Positions 57,167 through 64,000 of a stretch of DNA of 64,000 nt are shown here, piece after piece. Source of the stretch: an uncultured Solirubrobacterales bacterium (GTDB lineage Bacteria; Actinomycetota; Thermoleophilia; Solirubrobacterales; 70-9); NCBI GenBank assembly GCA_963700105.1, contig CAVOWL010000004.1, positions 204,050-268,049 of the forward strand, given 5' to 3'. Within the stretch, counting starts at the first letter, position 1; each line of letters begins with the position of its first letter. Both the position numbers and the translations under genes were made by a program. The notes beneath the pieces were generated by a model. It worked only from the letters and a program-made list of their open reading frames with translations, was not told where the DNA came from and made no database searches.

Positions 57167-57547
57167 CTAATCGTCACCCCCGCCGCTCGCTCCTGGGCGC
57201 CGCCGTTTGCGATTAACCCAGCTTCCCCACTCCACTGACAGGGAGGCGGCAACCCTGGCGACCCAGATCCCGACGAGAAGAATTACGAAACCCACAACCA
57301 CGTAGCGAATTTGAGCCGCCAGACCCGAGGAGCCGGTCGCTGGGTTATAGCCCCTCAGGTTGATACCGAAAGCGCTACCGAGGATCCCCCCCGCGAGCAA
57401 ACCAATGAGCCAGCACACCGGGACCACCAGTACCAGCGTCCCGAGCACGAGCCACCCGATTGCCTTCCAGCCGCCGTCCCTGACCTTCGACCACCGCAGT
57501 TCAGAGAGCCCGAACGTCGCAGCGGAAATAATTGGGCGCCAGTGCAC
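57167..57547 (-). CDS. hypothetical membrane protein
   Basis: 126-aa ORF with three hydrophobic helices and a basic C-terminal tail. Confidence 0.5.
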   Translation of the reverse strand: MHWRPIISAATFGLSELRWSKVRDGGWKAIGWLVLGTLVLVVPVCWLIGLLAGGILGSAFGINLRGYNPATGSSGLAAQIRYVVVGFVILLVGIWVARVAASLSVEWGSWVNRKRRRPGASGGGDD

Positions 57548-57653
57548 GGGTAGCTCCTTATACCGCCGCTACCACTTCCACGGCGTTTTTCTCGCCATCG
57601 CCTGCACCCTCATCTGCCGCCAACCCACAGGGGCTTACGGCACGAGAGGGTTT

Positions 57654-58124
57654 TCAGGAATGTCGTAAGGCACGCCAGAGAACTCCCGGATGGCGCGCCA
57701 CCTTGACGCCTACCGCTAGGGCGAACCAGGTGCTAGCCAGCCAGGGCCGCAAGTGTGGCCTCAGTCGCCGAATCCGCCCGTCGGAATCGAGATCGAACAA
57801 CGTCGCGTCATAAATTCTAAACGGCCCGATGCGGGCTTCAGCGGTCAAGAGGCTTCGGTCGCCGTCCCTGATCTCTTCGTTCCAGTGCAGCTCGGACAAG
57901 CTGCCATAGACCGCCGAGAAAAGCAGTCCCAGATCCTTCCTACCGCGGATTACACCGCGTGCAAGCAGCGGAGAGACAAGCTCGGCGTCTGGCGCCAGAA
58001 TGTCCGTGAACCGGTCAAGTTCGTTGGCTTCCGACGCGGCCCGGAACTCCGCGATCGCGTCCACCGCTGCAGCATAGGCGACTGCTATAGCCCTCGCATT
58101 CCGCCCGTCCCCGCAGCTGCCCAC
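57654..58124 (-). CDS. NTF2/SnoaL-like fold protein with C-terminal hydrophobic helix
   Basis: 156-aa GTG-start ORF. The pattern FRAASEANELDRFTDILAPDAELVSP, then GRKDLGLLF, then LHW is typical of SnoaL_2-type domains. Confidence 0.55.
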   Translation of the reverse strand: MGSCGDGRNARAIAVAYAAAVDAIAEFRAASEANELDRFTDILAPDAELVSPLLARGVIRGRKDLGLLFSAVYGSLSELHWNEEIRDGDRSLLTAEARIGPFRIYDATLFDLDSDGRIRRLRPHLRPWLASTWFALAVGVKVARHPGVLWRALRHS

Positions 58125-58222
58125 ACAGCATCAAGGTGTCGAGGCTTCTCTTTTGGCGCTCCAGTTGTGGACGCGGCCGAGATAGCGGTGTGGTTTCGGA
58201 AGCCGACTGGCACCCCTCTGGG

Positions 58223-58537
58223 TCAGCAGGAATCTTCCAGGCGGACGATGCTTCCGCTCACCGCCAGAGCACCGGCGGGCGGTGCCTGGCGGCGGATATG
58301 TCCCTCGGGGGGAATGCCATCGCAAAGTGGGCTGTACAGGTGATAGTTCCAACCGAAATCCCGGTGCTCCAGGGTACGTTGGGCGGCACCAGGAGACATT
58401 CCAACGATATTTGGGACGCGGTGTTGGTTTGTGCGAATCTGATCTGATCTCATTGAGTTCACACTGCTAGAGGCCAGAGCAGGACCAAACAACGTGACGA
58501 CAACGCAGATTCCAATTGCAGAGATCAAAAGCCGCAT
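58223..58537 (-). CDS. secreted single-PASTA-domain protein
   Basis: Trimmed to the ATG at 58537 (MRLLISAIGICVVVTLFGPALA signal). VPNIVGMSPGAAQRTLEHRDFG through RRQAPPAGALAVSGSIVRL matches the PASTA consensus layout. Confidence 0.55.
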   Translation of the reverse strand: MRLLISAIGICVVVTLFGPALASSSVNSMRSDQIRTNQHRVPNIVGMSPGAAQRTLEHRDFGWNYHLYSPLCDGIPPEGHIRRQAPPAGALAVSGSIVRLEDSC

Positions 58538-58781
58538 AGCAATCTCAAACGATAGACCAAGGTCGACATGAGTTAATTGATATCCCGCACCGGCACGCCA
58601 GAACCCCTTCCTAGCTGCGCAGTCAGCCGATACCCTCTTACCACTAGATGACCGGCGTTCCTGTTTCCAGCGGGGTTCATCGGTCGGAATATTTATGGCG
58701 AAGGAGGCGAGCAGCCCCATTTTTCATCCTCGTCTCGTTGGTGCCGTAATTTCTGGGCTCGGAATTTGCTTCCCAATCGCC

Positions 58782-59110
58782 TCATTCCCAACCAGAATCG
58801 CTCGCGAGCTCTGGGGACAGTGAAATCAATATGTAAAACAGCGCCGAAGGGTCCTCACCGGCGCGATTGGTATTCGAAACCTCGGTTCGGTTAGAGGCCG
58901 GTAGCTCTAGAAACCTTTGAGTTGACCGTTGGTAGATTTGACGCATAGTGGTAACCGAGGCCAGACCCCGAGGCGTTTGAAGTCGCGAGATTCTCTGTCT
59001 GTGCAAGCGAGCCAGGGCTGAAGTGAGACCATCCGCAATGCCATTGCTTGCGAACCAGGCCGTATAGAGTCTGCAAATTTCCACTACTGCACGCTGAACG
59101 CGGCTCGGTT
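58782..59110 (-). pseudogene. possible decayed tyrosine-recombinase fragment
   Basis: The frame reads VVEICRLYTAWFASNGIADGL, then RGLASVTTMRQIYQRS. Compare the integrase pattern HDLRHTFAS, AGV, LGHxSxxTTxxYxH. The catalytic His is lost, and the upstream frames are broken. Confidence 0.25.
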
Positions 59111-59372
59111 TGGTGGGATCGAGTTCAAAGCAAGGATTCCACGCTGAAGCGTTAAGGGCCGCGCCATCCGATCGCCCTCACCGGCCGGTGAAGCACTAGG
59201 GCATCCCGGCGCCGGACCCAAGGACGACGTCGGGTGTCGGGTCTGAGCGCCCGCAATCCTTTCGCCGACCGGCGGGAAGGTCGGTCGAGTGACCCCGCGA
59301 TGTTGGCCAAATGTGGCGAGCGGATCACGAGCGTCGAGAGTTCGCCAGATGCAGTTCGCGAGCAGCACCTAA

Positions 59373-59390
59373 TACTACGATTATGTAGTA
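59373..59390. promoter_or_regulatory. inverted repeat TACTAC-gattat-GTAGTA upstream of the blaI-like gene (candidate BlaI operator)
   Basis: Perfect 6-bp arms in an AT-rich island. The repeat overlaps a TAGACT -10-like hexamer (59389-59394), which ends 7 nt before the ATG at 59402. That spacing is compatible with a leaderless transcript. Confidence 0.55.
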
Positions 59391-59401
59391 GACTGCAGGA
59401 T

Positions 59402-59779
59402 ATGGCCGGCGACGGAATCAGCCGAAACGATTTCGGCCCATTGGAGGGCGAAGTGATGGAGGCGATCTGGCGCGCCAATGAGCCCGTTGCCGTCCGCGAC
59501 GTCGTCGCAGAGCTCAACGAACGTCGCTCCCAGCCCCTCGCCTACACCACCGTGATGACGGTGATGGGCCGCCTGGCCGAGAAGGAAGCACTCTCTCGCC
59601 ATAAGGCGGGACGCGGGTATCTCTATTGGGCCAACGCACCCGACGCAGCCGGTATAGCGGTTAAGGACGTGCTGCGCGCCTACGGAGACGTTGCCGCGGC
59701 GCACTTTTTGGAAGAGGCGCGAGCCGACCCGGCCCTACTCCGCCGTCTGCGACGCCTCCTCAGGGAAATCGATGGATAG
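59402..59779 (+). CDS. blaI: BlaI/MecI/CopY-family transcriptional repressor
   Basis: Trimmed to the ATG at 59402. Blocks are GPLEGEVMEAIWRANEPVAVRDVVAEL, LAYTTVMTVMGRLAEKEAL and GRGYLYWA. Confidence 0.88.
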   Translation: MAGDGISRNDFGPLEGEVMEAIWRANEPVAVRDVVAELNERRSQPLAYTTVMTVMGRLAEKEALSRHKAGRGYLYWANAPDAAGIAVKDVLRAYGDVAAAHFLEEARADPALLRRLRRLLREIDG

Positions 59780-60767
59780 CGCCGCTCGCAACTACCTCAC
59801 CCTTGTCGGCACGTGCGTGGTTTTGGGCGCGTACGCGGTTTGGGGATCGATCGCATTCGTCGCGACCCCGCTCTTCAGCGCTAACGGTGGCGTCCTCGAT
59901 TCCCAGCTCGGCGTCCTGTCTGCACTGGTTCTCGCCCTTCTTTATGCAATCTCATTGGGCCGCGCAGTCGCGGCGCTTCACCGACAGATCGCCGCGTCTG
60001 TGCGGCTTTGGCGCCAGGTCCAGGCATTCGCGCTGTCACCGCCGCGCGAGCTGGTGGCGACAGCCAAACGGGCCGGACTAACCGGCCGGTTGACGCTGGT
60101 CGACTCCGAGGAGCCATTCTCCTTCGTCTTCGGCGTCCTCGTGCCCCGAGTCGCGATCAGTCGAGGTTTTCTCGGAAACCTCAATGCAGACGAGCTTCGC
60201 GCGGCGCTGGAGCATGAGCGCTATCACGTTCGCAACTTGGACCCGTTCCGCGCCCTCACCGCCAAGGTACTGAGCGAGGCATTCTTTCTGCTGCCATCAC
60301 TGGAGGTGCTGCGAGCCCGCTACGAAGTGGCGCGCGAGCTCGCCGCCGACCGGTGCGCCGAGCGAGGGTGTGGCCGTCGCCCCCTCCTCCGCGCCCTGTT
60401 AAAGACACTGGAGGGTCCGCACTGGCAAGAGCCTGCGCCCAGCGCCTCGTTGGAAGGTTCTGGGCTCTTGGCAGCGCGCCTCTCCCGATTGGAGACCGGG
60501 CGAATGCCAGCGCTTTCAGTAATCAGCTATTCGAGCTTGGCCTGGTCGACCCTCGGCGCTCTGGCTTTTCTTTGCGTGTTCCTTTCGGCGATGATTGGCT
60601 TGGGCGGAAGCTCGGCACTCCTCAGGGCGGCGGCCTACGAAATCAGCCCGACTGGCATTTCCCTCGACGCTCTTTGTGTCGCACCCGTCGTCGTCGCATC
60701 CCTCTCTTATTGGCGACTCGTGCAGCGAGCAAGTCGGCCCCTGTCACCGATCACAAATCACCCTTGA
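59772..60767 (+). CDS. BlaR1-type M56 (M48-like) membrane zinc metalloprotease without a sensor domain
   Basis: The ATG at 59772 overlaps the blaI stop by 8 nt. It has N-terminal TM helices, the HEXXH motif in ALEHERYHVRNLDP, and two more TM helices at the C-terminus. There is no extracytoplasmic PBP-like domain. Confidence 0.85.
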   Translation: MDSAARNYLTLVGTCVVLGAYAVWGSIAFVATPLFSANGGVLDSQLGVLSALVLALLYAISLGRAVAALHRQIAASVRLWRQVQAFALSPPRELVATAKRAGLTGRLTLVDSEEPFSFVFGVLVPRVAISRGFLGNLNADELRAALEHERYHVRNLDPFRALTAKVLSEAFFLLPSLEVLRARYEVARELAADRCAERGCGRRPLLRALLKTLEGPHWQEPAPSASLEGSGLLAARLSRLETGRMPALSVISYSSLAWSTLGALAFLCVFLSAMIGLGGSSALLRAAAYEISPTGISLDALCVAPVVVASLSYWRLVQRASRPLSPITNHP

Positions 60768-62077
60768 CACGCAGTCGGGCAAGAGGGTTGCCCCCCGGGC
60801 CGCGGTCTCCGGCGAGCCTCAACACCCTGCGCCTCATGCAGCGCCCGATGGAATCACTGCTTGGCTGGCGGGAGCGCTACGGCGATCTGTTCACGGTTTC
60901 ACTCCTCGTTTTCGGAACGGGCGTCTATGTCGCTGACCCCGAGGCGATCCGCGATTTACTGACCGGCGATCAGTCCGATCTTCACGCCGGAGAGGCGAAC
61001 GCCCCACTCTCTGCGGTCGTCGGCAATAAATCTGTGCTGATCCTCGACGGGCCCGAGCACCTGCGCCAGCGCAAGTTGCTCCTGCCACCTTTTCAGGGTT
61101 CCGCGATTCAGAGCTTCCGTACTTTGATCCGCGAGGTGGCAGAGATCGAGGTCGACCGCTGGCAGAAGGGCGAGCGCTTCGTCATGCGCGAGCGAATGCG
61201 GGCGCTCACATTCGAGGTGATCGTCCGCGCCGTCTTTGGCGTTACGGAGCGGGAGCGGATCGAGCGCTTGCGCAGCGCCCTGGTTTCCGTACTCGACATG
61301 CAGATGATCTTCGCGCTGCCCAACGCACTTCGACGCGATTTCGGCAACTTCAGTCCTTGGGGCCAGTTCCAGCGCCGCCTTAGGGCGGCCGACGCCCTCC
61401 TCTATGAGGAGATCGCCCGCCGTCGCTCCGCGGCCGACCTAGCGGTGCGCACCGATGTTCTCTCCCTATTGCTGCGCGCTCGCGATGGGGACGGAAAGCC
61501 TATGACCGATATCGAGCTGCGCGACGAGCTGATGACGATGCTGCTCGCCGGTCATGAGACAACCGCTACCGGCCTTGCTTTCGCCTTCGACCTCCTGCCC
61601 CGCAATCCTCACGTCCTGGCGCGACTGCGCGAGGAACTGGCCGCGGGAGACGACGCTTACCTCGATGCCGTGGTGACCGAGACGCTGCGCATCCGCCCCG
61701 TAATTGACAGCAGCGAGCGCACCTTGACCAAACCCCGCAAGGTTGCCGGCTGGGATCTTCCAGCCGGCATCCGCGTCTACCCGGCCATCGCGCTCGTTCA
61801 CCATCGCGAGGATCTCTATCCGGCCCCAGATGAGTTTCGACCCGAGCGTTTTTTAAACGGCGCTACCGAGTCGTACTCCTGGCTCCCGTTTGGAGGAGGG
61901 ATTCGTCGCTGCATCGGCGCTGCCCTGGCGCAGGCGGAGATGGCGGAGGTGATCCGAACGGTGATCACCCGCGTCGATCTACGACCCGAGCGAGTCAAGC
62001 CGGAACCCGTGGTGATGCGCGGCGTTACCCTCGTCCCGCAACACGGCACTCCGGTTGAGATTGAGGGAGCCATCTGA
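60764..62077 (+). CDS. cytochrome P450
   Basis: Motifs are LLAGHETT (I-helix), ETLR, PERF and the heme loop FGGGIRRCIGAALA. The preferred start is the TTG at 60764 (TTGA overlap with the M56 stop), because it keeps the GLPPGPR motif. The ATG at 60836 is the alternative. Confidence 0.9.
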   Translation: MTRSRARGLPPGPRSPASLNTLRLMQRPMESLLGWRERYGDLFTVSLLVFGTGVYVADPEAIRDLLTGDQSDLHAGEANAPLSAVVGNKSVLILDGPEHLRQRKLLLPPFQGSAIQSFRTLIREVAEIEVDRWQKGERFVMRERMRALTFEVIVRAVFGVTERERIERLRSALVSVLDMQMIFALPNALRRDFGNFSPWGQFQRRLRAADALLYEEIARRRSAADLAVRTDVLSLLLRARDGDGKPMTDIELRDELMTMLLAGHETTATGLAFAFDLLPRNPHVLARLREELAAGDDAYLDAVVTETLRIRPVIDSSERTLTKPRKVAGWDLPAGIRVYPAIALVHHREDLYPAPDEFRPERFLNGATESYSWLPFGGGIRRCIGAALAQAEMAEVIRTVITRVDLRPERVKPEPVVMRGVTLVPQHGTPVEIEGAI

Positions 62078-62636
62078 GGGGCACATAGTCGGCCCATCCT
62101 CAGGGGCCCGGAATGACTCTGGCGGGCTCTCGGTCGCTGCACTTCCAATGCTCGACAAGCCGGCAGCGTGGCGCTCAGGTCATCGCCAAATGGGGACCCT
62201 CAGCGGTGGGGTCTCCTCCGGCGGACGTTTTGGACCGACTTCAGCCTCATATCTAGCTATGACCAATCCCTATCTGGCGGCACTCGCCAGGCGGAATTTT
62301 GCGCGAAATTATGCCCGTGAGTGTACCAGTACTATTCGACACTGCGAACCTCCTCCTTGCCGCCGCAGTAACCCATTCGGTCCTTCGAAAGCCTCACCTG
62401 ACCGTCTGTTTTCGGCGATGGAGGATACCTCGCCCTGGATTGCGAGCCGCTTGCCCGAGCATGAGGTTTTTGCATCACGCCGCGACGATGTACCTGCTAA
62501 AGCAACGGGGGTGGCATGTCATCCAGCACCAGAGGTGGAGCCTCACGGAGCGCTGATTGGCAGACCCCGGGTTGTCCAAGGCGAATTGGCCACCGGGCCA
62601 TTGCCTTTGGCGTCGAGTTTCGTCGAAAATGCCGTC

Positions 62637-63158
62637 GTGGCGAAATCAAACGAAACTGTGGTCCGAGCCGCAACGCCCACCGATGCCGAGGCGATCTGTC
62701 AAATCTATAACGCTGCGATGGCCGATCGCAGATCTACCTTCGAGACCGAACCTCGCTGCGCCGAAGACTTCCACAAGCGAATCGACGCTGAGCGATATCC
62801 GTTCTTGGTATCTGAGGCAGACGGAAGGGTCGTCGGCTGGGCGGGACTCGCCTCCTACAGTCCCCGGCCCTGCTATGCCGGAATAGGCGAGGTAAGCGTC
62901 TACGTAACGCCCGAGGCGCGAGGACAAGGTTTAGGCACGGCGCTGACCGAGGCTCTGGCGGTAGAGGCCATGCGCAATGATTTCCACAAGCTGCTGGGCA
63001 AGCTTTTCATCGACAACGTCGCAAGCATCCGGCTGGTCGAGCGCAGCGGCTTTTCCTCAGTCGGTACCCATCGTCGTCACGGCCGGCTCGATGGCCAATG
63101 GCGCGATGTGCTGGTCGTGGAGCGGCTGCTATTTCCGACGCCCTCGACGGTGCCATGA
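62637..63158 (+). CDS. GNAT acetyltransferase, phosphinothricin-acetyltransferase (PAT)-like
   Basis: The catalytic domain runs VRAATPTDAEAICQIYNAAM, STFETEP, PFLVSE, GEVSVYVTPEARGQGLG, NVASIRLVERSGF, WRDV. Trimmed to the GTG at 62637. The track ORF is open for a further 194 codons upstream. Confidence 0.8.
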   Translation: MAKSNETVVRAATPTDAEAICQIYNAAMADRRSTFETEPRCAEDFHKRIDAERYPFLVSEADGRVVGWAGLASYSPRPCYAGIGEVSVYVTPEARGQGLGTALTEALAVEAMRNDFHKLLGKLFIDNVASIRLVERSGFSSVGTHRRHGRLDGQWRDVLVVERLLFPTPSTVP

Positions 63159-63186
63159 CAGGAGGCGGTCGCCTAAGGTTCCATCG

Positions 63187-63669
63187 ATGACCAACATCTA
63201 TGACCCCACCTTCGAGAAAGGCGACGAACGGCCCGAAGGGTTTCGATCGCGCCGCGCGCGGATCGGCTACGAACTCGGCACCGAGCTGATCGGCGCGAGC
63301 CTCTGGGAGGTCCCACCCGGTGAGGCCGCCTATCCATACCACTTCCACTACGCCGATGAGGAGCTAGTGATTGTTCTCTCCGGACGCCTCAGCCTGCGTA
63401 CGCCAGGAGGAGTCCGAGAGCTTCAGGAGGGCGAGGTCATGCGCTTCCCGCTCGCCGAGGAGGGAGCTCACCAGATCATCAACCGCACAGACACAATCGC
63501 TACGTTCCTTGCCATCTCAAGCCACGGGCGTCCCGACGTGGTCGTCTATCCGGACTCCGAAAAGATCGGCGTCGGCGAGCGCCTCCCACACGGCGGTGGG
63601 CTGCGCGCATTCTTCCGCCAAGAAGACGCGGTCGGCTACTTCGATGGAGAGCGCCCCAGCAGGGATTGA
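63187..63669 (+). CDS. cupin-domain protein
   Basis: Trimmed to the ATG at 63187 (MTNIYDPTFEK). The cupin motifs sit in PPGEAAYPYHFHYADEELVIVLSGRLSL, then GAHQIIN. Confidence 0.8.
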   Translation: MTNIYDPTFEKGDERPEGFRSRRARIGYELGTELIGASLWEVPPGEAAYPYHFHYADEELVIVLSGRLSLRTPGGVRELQEGEVMRFPLAEEGAHQIINRTDTIATFLAISSHGRPDVVVYPDSEKIGVGERLPHGGGLRAFFRQEDAVGYFDGERPSRD

Positions 63670-63776
63670 ATCGCACCGGCGGCTCGGCTTTTGGCACTCA
63701 GAGCAAGGACAGAAATGGGCGGGTGGCGAATCTCCAATCTCGACGACTGGCCGGTGCATCGTCGGGTCGCGGTCCG

Positions 63777-64000
63777 TCAGACTTTTCCGAAATAAAAGCC
63801 GGCGGATCTTTCGCCCCGGAAGCAATCTCCCTCGTTACCGTGAGACTTCAATGGCATCAGAACCTGGCAGGTCCAGCCGGGCCACTCCTTCATTGTGTAG
63901 ACGGTTTCGGCAGACTCGATCCGTTCTTCAGGTGATCCTTCATGGGCAATGGTTTCTTCCTCGGGGTTCCAAAAGCTCTCGATCACCGCCATCGCTTTTT
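63777..64000 (-). CDS. hypothetical protein, possibly truncated by the window edge
   Basis: A 71-aa ORF from the ATG at 63992. The frame stays open to the window end, so the true start may lie outside. No family recognised. Confidence 0.3.
   Translation of the reverse strand, partial: KAMAVIESFWNPEEETIAHEGSPEERIESAETVYTMKEWPGWTCQVLMPLKSHGNEGDCFRGERSAGFYFGKV

Noticed and set aside
60353-60763. N-terminal 137 codons of the 574-aa track ORF that contains the P450
   Set aside because: This part overlaps the M56 protease gene in another frame and is Arg/Pro-rich. The recognisable P450 sequence begins only after the M56 stop, so the ORF was trimmed to the TTG at 60764.

Overview
High-G+C, gene-dense bacterial chromosome segment, with most genes on the minus strand. 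All calls come from reading the supplied ORF translations and the DNA and recalling family motifs; no database search was run.

The core gene order is ilvBN, gatCAB, folD-pcrA, cysKE, gltX, dnaE, argG, then argDBJC-pheTS-trmH-rplT-rpmI, and infC-thrS. This matches the conserved housekeeping synteny of Actinomycetota-type genomes.

The less ordinary parts are:
- 2.4-7.4 kb: a UDP-sulfoquinovose synthase (sqdB) divergent from two tandem GT-C (ArnT/PMT-like) genes and a GT2. This is a candidate lipid-carrier-dependent sulfosugar glycosylation system.
- 20.3-25.1 kb: a patch with lower GC3, holding a Cys-less Rrf2 regulator, an orphan REC-LuxR regulator and an HDOD-LuxR protein.
- 26.5-27.5 kb: about 1 kb with no credible ORF, lying next to an endonuclease IV gene (nfo) that carries a 1-nt frameshift.
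- arg operon: two unknown genes are translationally coupled to argCJBD where argF/argR normally sit.
- infC/rpmI: an antisense wecB is wedged between infC and rpmI.
- 53-64 kb: an accessory region. It holds MMPL/MarR, a lower-GC patch with two decayed integrase-like fragments and small secreted or membrane proteins, a BlaI-M56 protease-cytochrome P450 operon, a PAT-type GNAT and a cupin.

I recognised no rRNA, tRNA, CRISPR array or intact mobile element. The many long antisense ORFs in the track are treated as high-GC artefacts. The ORF track translates GTG/TTG starts as M, and several starts below were trimmed on that basis.
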